64,000 bases of DNA from Prorocentrum cordatum. Taxonomy: Eukaryota. How positions within the stretch are numbered: position 1 is the stretch's first letter; every line of letters starts with the position of its first letter. The stretch lies in contig CAUYUJ010000225.1 of the NCBI GenBank assembly GCA_963575745.1, forward strand, positions 1,240,001 to 1,304,000. The letters are read 5' to 3'. The notes beneath the pieces are model-generated. The model was not told the DNA's origin. It did not search any database and worked only from the letters and a program-made list of their open reading frames with translations. Positions 28,270-40,205 of this stretch are shown here, one piece after another. The position numbers and the translations under genes were made by a program.

Positions 28270-29154
28270 TAGCTTGCACCACGTAGCTAACATTGCTGTA
28301 GCTTGCAACGCATAGCTTGCACCATGCACAGATTGAGCCACACACGACACGTTTCACATTAGCCACCATGCCTTTGTGCACGTTGGAGCGTGTTAGACTG
28401 CTCCTATGCTGCAAGTTTTCTTTACGTAGTGTTGTCTAGGATCGCGCCTGGTCAGAAAGTCGCACCCCCCCCTCTCTGGAGCCGATTCAGGAACATTCCC
28501 CAAGAGACTTTACTGTCTGGAGAAGCCTTTTTCCCCCGGGAGGCCCTGGCGGGGGGGGGGGGGGGTCAAACAGCCATAAACAGCATAAACAACCAAAAGA
28601 CCGCCCCAAGACAGCCAACACAGCAACAACAACAAAAGATAGCCAAGCTCGCTCCAAGATTGCCAAAAGGCCTCCAAGGAGGCCCCGAGACTGACCAAAG
28701 AGGCCTGCAGTCGCTCCAAGAGTAAGACGTCAAGACAGCCCTGCCTTGGGTCCGAGGCAGTCGAAGACCCTCCAAGACGCCACGATGGCCCGAAGACGAC
28801 CCAAGAAGGCTCCAAGCGAGCGCCAGATGGCCCCAAGAGGTCTCCAACATGGTCCAAGGAAGCCCCAAAAAGCCCCCAAGAGGCCTCCTCCTCCTCCTCC
28901 TCATTCTCCTCCACGCTCTCCTAATCCTCCTCCTGTACATCGTCCTGCCACAAGTGATCCCCCGATGGGTTTCATCGTCCAATACCTTGGCAAATGTTTG
29001 CCCCCCTGGCGTTTGGACGCATAGGTGGCTCCATGCTGCCAGCGTGGACCCCAAGCAGCGATGTTCTTGCAATGTATGCGGTGTAATCTAGGTGGTGCAA
29101 TCAACGTGGTGCAACCTAGGTGGTACAGTCCATGTGGTACAATCTTCTTGGCCC

Positions 29155-30365
29155 AAAGCAGTGCAAAGCAAAACAATGCATAACCATGCAAAGCAATGCA
29201 AAGTATAGTAATGCGATGCAAAGCCATGCAAAGTCAGGCAGAACAATGCAGACCCATGCAAAGCAACGCAAAGCAATAGCAAGCAATGAAGAGCCAGTCA
29301 AAGGCATGAAGAGCATTGCACAGCATTGTAATGTAATGATATTCACAGCCTTGCAGGGCAATGCAGACGAATGAAGAGCATGGAAAGCAATGCAAAGCAA
29401 TGCAATACAATGCTAAGGCATGCGAAATAACGCACACAGCCATGCAAAACCATGCAACGCAATGCGATTGCAATGCGATTGCAATGCAATGCAATGCAAT
29501 ATCACCCAGGCGACTTCAACAGAGGACTCATGGGGACCATCCGGAAGATAAGCATCCCAAGGGCGCGCCGAGGAACCCAGGGGGCTCGGTTCCCGTGGAA
29601 GAAAAACAGATATCCTTGGCGAGGGGTTCGGGCACGGGGGCTACCCCTGCCTGAAATTCCTTAAAATCCCGAAAGAGGAATAAACTCTCAGCCGCGGGGG
29701 TGCTGGCGCACGGGGTCCTACCCCGCCCAGCGTAACCGGAGGAAACGCGCGAGAGCCCAGATTGTAAATGTAATGCAGCATCACTCTAATCGTAGTTGTG
29801 CTAGGGAATTGTCCTAGTATTACTTGCACGCTACTGTGTGTCATATTTCCGAAGTCGACATTATAGAATGTCTCCGTATTCCTTGATCACGATTATATTA
29901 TGTCTCCGTGCTCCCCATTCGCGATCCTGTAGCATTTCCTGATTCCTAAGTCAAGAGTTCTTATACTGTTTGCTTGACTGCCTTCATCGCAATTCGATAA
30001 ATAAGACTAGATGTACTGCATGACCAGGTGCACTCTCGGAGCAGCTGCGCGTTACTACATGGTGCCAGTTGTACTCAAATATTAGGTGTACTCTAGCTGG
30101 AGGGGTTCAGGGATTCCAGCGGCAATACGCGCGCGGAAGAAAAAAACAAATCCACGCGCCGCCTGGGGTCCTGGGTTTGACGAATCGCCGCGAAGGCGGA
30201 CCCCCCGCGGAAGGAAGAAAAAACATCCGGCTGGGGGGGTGGGGGTTTCAGGCATGAGTCGCGGGGGCGATAATGCAATGCAACGCATGCAATGCAATAC
30301 ATTGCAACGCAACGCAATGCGATTACAAAACAATGCGATTGCAACGTAATGCGATTGCACTGCAA
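29155..30365 (+). repeat. Degenerate (ATGCA)n pentamer array interrupted by a ~770-bp insertion (~29500-30270)
   Basis: GCAAT/TGCAA periodicity on both sides of a non-repetitive block. Confidence 0.75.
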
Positions 30366-30390
30366 CAGGGGGGGGCACGGGGCTGCGGCG

Positions 30391-30732
30391 GAGATCATTT
30401 TTTTATTCCGGCCGGTAACGCTCGTTACCCGGGGGGGGGGGGGTCGTGCCCCCCGGGTAACGGTAACGCTTGGGCTGGGCGGGGTATGGCGAAGCAGGGG
30501 CGCTCTGCGATCGCCATAGTATGCGCGCGAGCAGCACTCTCTGCCTGAGAGCACCACAGTGGCTTGCGATTCGAGTACAAGCGCAAAGCCCGCCGCGGGG
30601 TCCCGGCACCACGCCCGCGCCCGCGCGCGCGACGACGATGATCGACGAGCGACGAGCGACGAGGTCGACGACGACGACGACGACGTTTGCCGCCTGTTTC
30701 GGCCTCCGGAGGCCGTTTTCGGGCGCCGTCGC

Positions 30733-30786
<54 letters not shown>

Positions 30787-31030
30787 TTCGAGCACAAGCG
30801 CAAAGCCCGCAAGCACCAGCATCGCGCATGCGATCGCCGCAATGGCCTGCGAGCGCCCACAGTGCGCCTGCGACCACCACACCACAGTGCGCATGCCTTC
30901 GGGCACCAGCATGTTGGAGGGGAAGACCGAGACCCCCCCCGCGTACGAGCGTTACCGTTACGGGGGGGGGGGGGGGGGGGGGAGGCCCGGGTAACGAGCG
31001 TTACCCCCCAGAGGATAAAAAAACAATCTC
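30391..31030. mobile_element. Non-autonomous TIR element with GTAACG/CGTTAC subterminal motifs
   Basis: GAGATCATTTTTTTATTCC..GGTAACGCTCGTTACCCGGG versus CCCGGGTAACGAGCGTTACC..GGATAAAAAAACAATCTC. Internal 26-bp direct repeat GATTCGAG.ACAAGCGCAAAGCCCGC at ~30568 and ~30784. Confidence 0.8.
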
Positions 31031-32637
31031 GCGACAGGCGGGAATGAGGCCGCTGGGGCCGCAAGTGGCGACGGACGGGAACGGGGCCGCTGGGGCCGCA
31101 AACGGTCCCAGTTAAACTTAGACGGGAAACGGCAACCTCTACATGTAAGCACTGGTAAGGCAAAAAGACACGGGGCGGCGGTGATTTGCCGTAGGCGTCT
31201 TCGATCCGCCGCCCCCTGCCACAGAAGTGCACGGCGTGCTGGAAGTCAGCTTGGTTTGAAAGTTGTCTTGACAAATCCCCATAAAGTCTCGGCCGATTAC
31301 GCCGGCCGCGCGGACCCTCCCAAGACCGCCAAAATGGCTCAAGATGGCCTCCGAAACGGGTACGTTGGCCTCCAAGACGTTCCCAAGACGCCTTCAAGAC
31401 GGCCACGGTGGCCCCAAGATGGCCCAATATGCCCTCCTGACAGCCGACAAGGCCCCCAAGGAACCCCACGAAGGCCACATGATGACCTCCAGGAGGCCAA
31501 CATCATTGATGTTCCATTGTTGTTCCCAACCATCCTGCGGCGTTTCCAGTTCCCCCCCTCCCTCCTCCCATCCCCGCCCCTGCCCTCCGCATGTCAACCA
31601 TTAAACCGCGCCCCTCGCACGGTTCGCGGCCACATGGGGAACTCCACATAAGGTCCAAGTGGCAAGATCCACATGCGGCCCCCCGCCCACCGCTTGTTCA
31701 TGTCGGCATACCCCTCACACGCTTCGCGACCCCATAATGAGCTCCACTGAACGCTTCGCGACCCCATAATGAGCTCCACTGAAGGCCCCAATGACAAGGT
31801 CCACATGCGGTTCCCCGCCCACCGCACGACCATTTCGACACACCGTTCACACTTTTCATGGTTTCGTAGGGAGCTCCACCGAAGGCCCCGATGGCGAGGT
31901 CCCCATGCGGTTCCCCGCCGACCACACGTTCATGTCGACACGCCCCTCGCACGCGTCGTGGACCCATAGGGAGCTCCACCGAAAACCCCAACGGCAGGGT
32001 CCACACGCGGCTGCCCGCCGACCGCATGTTCACGTCGGCACACTCCTAACACGCTTCGTGGCCACGTGGGGAACTCCACCCAAGGCACCAGTGGAAAGGG
32101 TGCACATGCCGTTCCCCGCCCTCCTCGTGTCAAGAAATTTCGACAAGCCCCTCACACGTTTCGTGGCCCGCTGGGGAGCTCCACCTAATGCCCCAATGGC
32201 AGGGTCCACATGCGACCCCCCGTCCACCCCATCTCAATCTCTGCACACCTTCACACGCTTCGTGGCCCCATAAGCTCGCGGGGACTCCCTTGCGCTCTGC
32301 CTCCAGCAGCTGCCCGACGTCCGCGCGCAATGTCCGTTGTCAGCCACGCGTGTTTGTTGCCCCGTGCCGCGGACATCCCGCGCGCGTCGCCGGGACTCCT
32401 TCGGGGCGACCATCGCGCGTCGCGAGGACTCCGCAATGCGCGGGACCCAGAGCCGCGCCCATCGGTGCGCAAGGGCCAAAAAGGGAGAAATGCGAGAGAA
32501 GGAAACGTCCACAAAACGGCGGGGCCTGGGGCTCAGGCCACCGCGGGAAAAAGGGGGCAAGAACGCAACGCCGCACCGTGGAAACAAGGAGAGGAGTGAA
32601 CGAGCTGGGAGAGAAGTGGACACGAAATGGCGGCGCA

Positions 32638-32737
32638 NNNNNNNNNNNNNNNNNNNNNNNNNNNNNNNNNNNNNNNNNNNNNNNNNNNNNNNNNNNNNNN
32701 NNNNNNNNNNNNNNNNNNNNNNNNNNNNNNNNNNNNN
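32638..32737. other. Assembly gap
   Basis: 100 N. Confidence 1.
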
Positions 32738-35042
32738 CAAAATGCTGCTCTCGCTGAGGCGCAGGCCTCATTTCTGCTCCCGAATCGTTCCGAATCGTGC
32801 TCCCGCTGCAGCGTGGGCCTCATTTTCGGATCGGTGTTTGGCCTCCGTCGTTCAGGATGGCGTTCTCGCCCCAGCGCGGGCCTCTTTCTCGCGCGCCCAT
32901 CCGCCCGCCACCACCGCGCCGCACCACCACCACCACCACCACCACCACAACCACCACCACCACCACCACCACCATCACCATCACCAGCACCACCACCACC
33001 ACCACCGCAACCACCACCAGTACGAACACCACCACCACCAGCACCAGCACCAGCACCACCACCACCACACCACATACCACCACCACCACCACCACCACCA
33101 CCAACCACCACCACCACCACCACCACCACCACCACCACCACCACGACAACCACGCACACACGCACGCACGCACGCACGTGCACCACCACCCACTACGCAC
33201 GCGCGCGCGGAGCCACAGGTCCGCTACGACACGCGTCCGCGGATAGAGAAAATCAGCGCCATGGTAAGGGATGGGAGGGAGGGGTAGGACGTCAGATATG
33301 ACGCGAGCGCACCTAGCTTGCCCCTCCCCCCTCCCCCCTCCTCCCTCCTCCCTCCTCCCTCCTCCCTCCTCCCTCCTCCCTCTTCCCTCCTTCCTCCTTC
33401 CTCCTTCCTCCTACCTCATTTCTCCTTGCTCCTTACTCCTTCCTCCTTCCTCCTTCCTCGCTCCTCTTTCCTCATTCCTCTTTCCTCATTCCTCCTTCCT
33501 CCCTCCTCCTCCTCCTCCTTCTCCTCCCTCCTCCCTCCTCCCTCCTCCCTCCCTCCCTCCCTCCTCCCTCCTCCCTCCTCTAGTACGGGCCCGAGCCGCT
33601 AGTCGCGAAGGCCGAATCTGTCTGCAGCTTGCAGCGTCTCTGCTGCCCCGCAGGCGAAAACTGCTGACTGCTCTTACCAGCTGCCCCCCCTCTTCCGCGG
33701 CAGGTCCTGAGAGCCTCCGATACTATCTTGGTAGCTCTTGCGGATCGTCGCCAATCGACGCTAAATCGCTGCTACAGCGGCGATCATCGATGGGAATCGA
33801 CGCTAAATCAATGCTATCTCGTCGACTGCCAAAACCCCAGTCGACACTAACGCACTCTAAAGACGGAATTGCCAGGGCGTACAAGGCTCCCATTAATTAC
33901 CACCGAACCCCTCCGCCCGTCCCTCGCCCTGAGAAGCCCACCCCGCTCGGACCCAGCGCGAGAAGGCACAGGGGCCGCCGGCAGCCTCACAAGCGCCAGA
34001 CATGGCACGAGAAGGCGCACGTGTCGCCAAAGTCTTGGCCGGCGCCGGTCATACGCAGAAGGCATGTCTGTATGTATGTACGTATGTATATATATATATA
34101 TATACGTACGTATATATATAGACATACATACATATATATATGTGTGTGTGCGTGTACACACAAAACTGCAGTGGCGCTTCGCGCCATGCACCTTGGTCCT
34201 TGAAGTTTGGTATGCAGGCGGAATGGGAAGAAGGTCAAGCCGACAATTTAGCGATAACTCCTTGTCGCCTTGTCTGGCATCGCCGTTCTAATCATGTTAT
34301 TCGTTATCCTTCCCCCAAGTTTCTTTTTCCTCATTCTCGCCATCCCCTGCGCATTCTCCCCATCCTCCTCATCTCTTTTTGCGGAGGCTCCTCCTTGGAG
34401 AGCCTCTGGGGGCCTCGCAAAAATTGTTCAAACTTTCTTAGGCCTTCTGGAAGCCTCCCGGGCGTGTTCTGGGGGCCTCTGGGGGTTTCCTCGGGCCACC
34501 CTGCCTCCAACCGCGGTCTCCCTGAACGACAGGGTCTCGATTTGGAATGCTTCGGAGGGTGTCTTGGGGCCATCTAGGGCCGCCATGGGGCTCTCTTAGG
34601 GCCATCTTGGACCCCTGTTGTGCCGTTTTGGGGCTCTCTTGGACTGCCTGGAAGCCCTTTCGGATGGTTATGGGGCGACTTGGGAGCCTCCCAGGCGGCT
34701 CCGGACGCCCAGGAGACCGCCGTCTTGGAGCGTCGGGAAGCCGAGAAGAGGAGAACCCCTAAATTCACCAAACACCCACAGAAAATCAATGATTGTTGCC
34801 TCTCGGGGCCTCCTAGGGAGTGCTCTTGGAGGCCTCTTGGGACGTTTTGGAACGATCTTTGGGGGCATGACGGCTTCTTGGGGGTCGTCGTGGACCGTAT
34901 TGGGGCTCTCTGGGGTCGTTTCGGGAGCGCGCCAGAACGCCTGGAACCCGTCTGGGGCCGTCTTCGGGTTCTCGTGAGGTTCTCCCAGGTCGTCTGAAGG
35001 GTTGCCCAGAGGCCCGGGGAGGACCAAATTCGTTAGGTGCGC

Positions 35043-35079
<37 letters not shown>

Positions 35080-35551
35080 TGTGTGTCTGTGTGTCTGTGT
35101 GTCTGTGTGTCTGTGTGTCTGTGTGTCTGTGTGTCTGTGTGTCTGTGTGTCTGTGTGTCTGTGTGTCTGTGTGTGTGTGTCTGTGTGTCTGTGTGTCTGT
35201 GTGTCTGTGTGTCTGTCTGTGTGTGCGCGTGCGCGTGTGAGTGTGCGTGTGCGTGGAGGTTTTTGTCCAGCGCCCCCAGCTCTATAAACATATATGATTA
35301 TGAATATGTATATATATGTGTGTATATCTACATGTATGTCTGTATGTATTGGTTACGGGCCTAACGGGGGGCGTGTCGAAAGTGCGAGGTGTATGATGTT
35401 ATGTTGTATTTTGCTGTTGTGCTTTGCTGTTGTGCGCGTTCCCTTGTGCTCTTCTCTCTCTCGTGTCCTCGTCCTCTTCCTCGTCATCCTCGTCCTCGTC
35501 GTCCTCGTCGTCGTGTGGGCGAGATACACATTCATTCCGTATGTTGGCGGT

Positions 35552-35835
35552 GGGAAACACCACAAACTTAGGGAAAACCATTGGACAACAAAACAAAAAA
35601 ACAAAACACCCAAATGCCGGAAGCGAAAACTTTAGGGAAACCATTGGAACAGATCCAGGGAACACCGTCCGAAGGGATAAGCCCGAAGGGGAACCCCGCA
35701 GTCTCTGTGGAACCATTGTTTTTTTTGGTGTTTGGTTTTTGTTCTCCAATGGTTTTCCTAAAGTTTTCGCTTCAAGCACTTCAGTTTCTTTGGTTTTTAG
35801 TTGTTACAATGGTTTCCCCAAAGTTCTTGCATTCC
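35552..35835. mobile_element. Foldback MITE
   Basis: AAACTT(T)AGGGAAA(A)CCATTGGA occurs twice on the left, mirrored by CAATGGTTT(T)CCC.AAAGTT twice on the right. Confidence 0.8.
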
Positions 35836-35994
35836 TTCAGAAGGGGGGGTGGGGGGAAGGGGAGGAGGAGGAGGATGAAGGATAATGAGGAGGAGGAGGA
35901 AGAGAAGGAGGCGGAAGAGGAGGAGGCGGAGGAAGGAGGAGGGAGGACACTTTTTTGGTGTCCAAGTCAGGTGCAAGGACTTCAGATTTCATTT

Positions 35995-37415
35995 GCTGGG
36001 AAGGTTTTTGTTGGAAGTCCTTTTGTAGAGGTTTCAAGCGGAATCCTTTTGTAGACGCTCTCAATCAGAATCCTTGTGTAGAGGCTTTCAAGCGGAATCC
36101 TTTTCCAGAGGCTATCAAGCGGAATCTTTTTGCATAGGCTCTCAGCAGGAATCCTTGTGTGAAGGCTCTCAAGAGAAAAATTATGTCGCACATGCTCTCA
36201 ATAGCAATCCTTTTGTATTGGCTTCCTATATGAATCCTTGTGTAGAGGCTCTCAATACGAACTTGTTGTATTGGCTTCCAATAGGAGACCTTTCGTAGGG
36301 GCTGTCAATCTGAATCCTTTTGTAAAGGATTTCAATGGGAATCCTTCTGTAGGAGGCTCTCATTGGGAATCCTTGTGTAGAGGCTTTCAATCGAAATCCT
36401 TTTGTAGAGGCTCTCAACAGGAATCCTGTTGTAGAGGCTCTCCATAGGAATCCTTTCGTGGAGGCTCTCAATCGGAATCATTGTGTAGAGGTTTTCAATA
36501 TGAAACCTTGTGTATTAACTTTCAATAGGAGTCCTTTTTTTAATGGCTTTCACTAAGAATCCTTTTGTCGAGGCTCTCAATCGGATTCTTTTGTAGAGGC
36601 TCTCAATAGGAATCCTTGTGTGGAGGCTCTCAATAGGAATCCTTCTGCATTGGCTTTCAATAGCAATCCTCGTGCACAAGCTTTCATTCGGAATCTGTTT
36701 GTAGAGGCTGGCAATCGGAATCCTTTTGTAGAGGCTTTCAATCGGAATCCTTGTGTAGAGGCTCTCAATCGAAATCATTGTGTAGAGGCTCTCAAAAGGA
36801 ATCCTTATGTGGAGGCTCTCAATGGAATCCGTTTGCACAGGCTCTCAATAAGAGTCCTTTTGTATTGGGTATCAATAGGAATCCTTCTGTATCGGCTTTC
36901 AATATGAATCCTTTTGTAGAAGCTCTCAGTAGGAAATCTTTTGTATTGGCTTCCATCAGGAATCCTTTTCTGGAGGTTTTCAATCTGAATCCTTCCGTAA
37001 AGGATTTCGATCGGAATTCTTCTGTAGAGGATCTCATTTTGAATCCTTTCTGTAGAAGCTTGCAATAGGAATCCTTTTGTAGAGGCTTTCAATCGGAATC
37101 CTTGTGTTAAGGATTTCAATAGGAATCCTTTCGTGGAGGCCCTCAAAAAGAATCCTTCTGTCGAGGCTCTCAATAGGAATCCTTTTGTACAGGCTCTCAA
37201 CAGGAATCTGTTTGTTTTAGCTTTCAATCGGAATCATGTTTGTACTGGCTTTCACTGGGAATCCTTTTGTAGAGGCGTTCAATGGGAATCCTTGTGTAGA
37301 GGCTTTCAATAGGAATCCGTTGGGAATGTTTTTCTTTGAAAGGTTCCAGGAATCCTTGATTCTTCGCGAGGAGGGTTTGTGGAAGGGTTTTTTGGAAGGT
37401 TCCAGGAATCCATGG
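35995..37415 (+). repeat. 27-28-bp satellite (GGAATCCTTTTGTAGAGGCTCTCAATA)
   Basis: Roughly 50 tandem units; same family as 25560-27540. Confidence 0.95.
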
Positions 37416-38256
37416 GGGGACATGGCTTCCATCATGTCAGTTTTTCGGCATGTGAGCGGGAAGCCCATCGGCCTGTGATCCCGCGACGCAAGGGTGATTG
37501 TGGACTTTGCTTGCGGGGGCAGGGGCGCGACTCCATGTGGATCGAGGAGAGATCGCAATTCACGAATTCGTGACACTGGATTGTCTCTGCTGTGGTGCGT
37601 AAGAAAAGCAAATCAGGGAAACGACGCCACCCGTTAGGCCCGTACGGCCCTATGCATGTGTGTATGAATGAATGTCTGTCTGTCTCTGTCTGTCTGTCTG
37701 TATGTATGTATGTATGTATGTGTGCATGTATGTGTGCATGTATGCATGCATGAATGCATGTATGTATGTATGCATGTGTGTGCCTGGCTAAGGCCATCCT
37801 CGGCCCTGGCATGACGTATACGCCCCCTGGTCGAGGCCAGAAAAGCCTATGCACCATCGTGGGGTCCAGGATGGCCCACGTCGGGAACTGTGGTGGCAGA
37901 CTTGGCGGCGCGCACAAGGGGGTATGGGGGAGGGGGGAGGGCTTCTTAGGAGCACCCTGCTTCTTAGAAGACGCCGGCCCTACATCTGCAGAGAAGGCCC
38001 ACGCCTTCCAACAAGCAGGGGTGCTTCTAGAGAGCCTTCCCCCCTCCCCCTACCCTCAGGTCGGGCGTGTCCCTACAGGTGGATTTGGGAGGACAAACTA
38101 AAAAATATTCCAAACATTTTCAAAAGTAGTTGAAACATACAAAAAAAACGTTCCCAGACTATTATTCCCAACCATCCTGTGGTGTTGGGTCCTCGTTTTG
38201 AAGAGACGGCGCCCAGCGTTCCTCACCTCCTCCTCCTCCCCCCCCCTCCCTCCTCC

Positions 38257-38353
<97 letters not shown>

Positions 38354-38469
38354 TATATCATATCATCATCTTAATCATCATCATCACTCACCATCACCAT
38401 CACCATCAACCATCATCATCATCATCACAATCATCCTTCATCATCTTCAATATATCATCATCTTCATCA

Positions 38470-40050
38470 CCACACCCCGATTTCGGCAACCGCTCTAACG
38501 TTTCGTGGCCCCCCATTGGGGAGCTCACGAGAAAGGCCCCAGTGGCAGGGTCCGCATGCCTCACATCAACATTTCGGCACATCCCTAACACGTTTCGTGC
38601 CCATGGGGAGGCTCCACGATCGCCCCAGTCGGCAGAGGTCCGCATGGCCTCCCCACCACCCTTTCGGCCACCCTCCACAGTTTCGTGCCGGCCCCATAGG
38701 GAGCTCACCGAAGGCTCCAGTGGGCAGGGACCGCACCATGACTTCCCCACACCCTTTTCGGCGCACCCCTCACACGTTTCGTGGCCCCATAGGGAGCTCA
38801 CCGAAGGCCCCAGTGCCGCCGTCCGCATGCGTCCCGCACATCCCATTCGGCACACCCCTCACACGTTTCGTGGCCCCATAGGGAGCTCCACCGAAGGCCC
38901 CAGTGGCTGCGTTCGCATGCCTCCCACCACCCATTTCGGCACACCCCTCACACGTTTCGTGGCCCCATAGGGAGCTCCACCGAAGGCCCCAGTGGCAGGG
39001 TCCGCATGCCTCCCCACCACCCATGTCGGCACACCCCACACACGTTTCGTGGCCCCATAGGGAGCTCCACCACCAGCACCAGTGGCACTGGCAGTCTCCG
39101 CATGCCTCCCCACCACCCATTTCGGCACACCCCATCACACGTTCCGTGGCCCCATAGGGAGCTCCACCGAAGGCCCCAGTGGCTGCGTTCGCATGCCTCC
39201 CCACCACCCATTTCGGCACACCCCTCACACGTTTCGTGGCCCCATAGGGAGCTCCACCGAAGGCCCCAGTGGCAGGGTTCGCATGCCTCCCCCACACCCA
39301 TTTCGGCACACCCCTCACACGTTTCGTGGCCCCACAGGGAGCTCCACCGAAGGCCCCAGTGGCAGGGTTCGCATGCCTCCCCACCACCCATTTCGGCACA
39401 CCCCTCACACGTTTCGTGGCCCCATAGGGAGCTCCACCGAAGGCCCCAGTGGCCTGGTTCCCCACCACCCATTTCGGCACACCCCTCACACGTTTCGTGG
39501 CCCCATCCCACCGAAGGCCCCAGTGGCCGCATGCCCCCCACACCCATTTCGGCACATCCATCACACGTTTCGTGGCCCCATGGGGATTTCCACTGAAGGC
39601 CCCAGTGACTGGGTTCGCATGCGCCCCCCACACCCATTTCGGCACACCCCTCACACGTTTCGTGGCCCCATATGGAGCTCCACCGAAGGCCCCAGTGGCT
39701 GGGTTCGCATGCGCCCCCACACCCATTTCGGCACACCCCTCACACGTTTCGTGGCCCCACAGGGAGCTCCACCGAAGGCCCCAGTGGCTGCGTTCGCATG
39801 CCGCCCCCACACCAATTTCGGCACACCCCTCACACGTTTCGTGGCCCCACAGGGAGCTCCACCGAAGGCCCCAGTGGCTGCGTTCGCATGCCGCCCCCAC
39901 ACCAACTTCGGTGCACCCCTCACACGTTTCGTGGCCCCATAAGGAGCTCCACCGAAGGCCCCAGTGGCAACGTTCGCATGCCGCCCCCACACCCATTTCG
40001 GCACACCCCTCAAACGGTTCGTGGCCCCATAGGGAGATCCACCGAAGACG
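38470..40050 (+). repeat. 90-bp tandem satellite; degenerate copies at ~31600-32270, 45590-45940 and 59150-59640
   Basis: TTTCGGCACACCCCTCACACGTTTCGTGGCCCCATAGGGAGCTCCACCGAAGGCCCCAGTGGC at 39211, 39301, 39391 etc. Confidence 0.96.
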
Positions 40051-40205
40051 GTACTCACACCAGCATTACTCACAACTGCATATGGTTGGGTCCTTCGCCA
40101 GGCTGATTTTACTGTTTTTGAGTATTCCCCCTGTAGAGAGACACGCCCGACTTAACCCTACCCCCTCTGCGCGTGGCCGCTACACGGATGCCTTCTGCAG
40201 GACAG

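Larger units (their letters stand above)
35356..37642. mobile_element. 2.3-kb non-autonomous TIR element (TA TSD) enclosing a foldback MITE and a satellite
   Basis: TA|CGGGCCTAACGGGGGGCGT...ACGCCACCCGTTAGGCCCG|TA (18/19 inverted match), flanked by (TATG)-type microsatellite on both sides. Confidence 0.75.

Noticed and set aside
38470..40050. 90-bp repeats as CRISPR or as a repeat protein (408-aa ORF)
   Set aside because: No variable spacers. The unit is a multiple of 3 and open in several frames on both strands, and indels shift frames freely.
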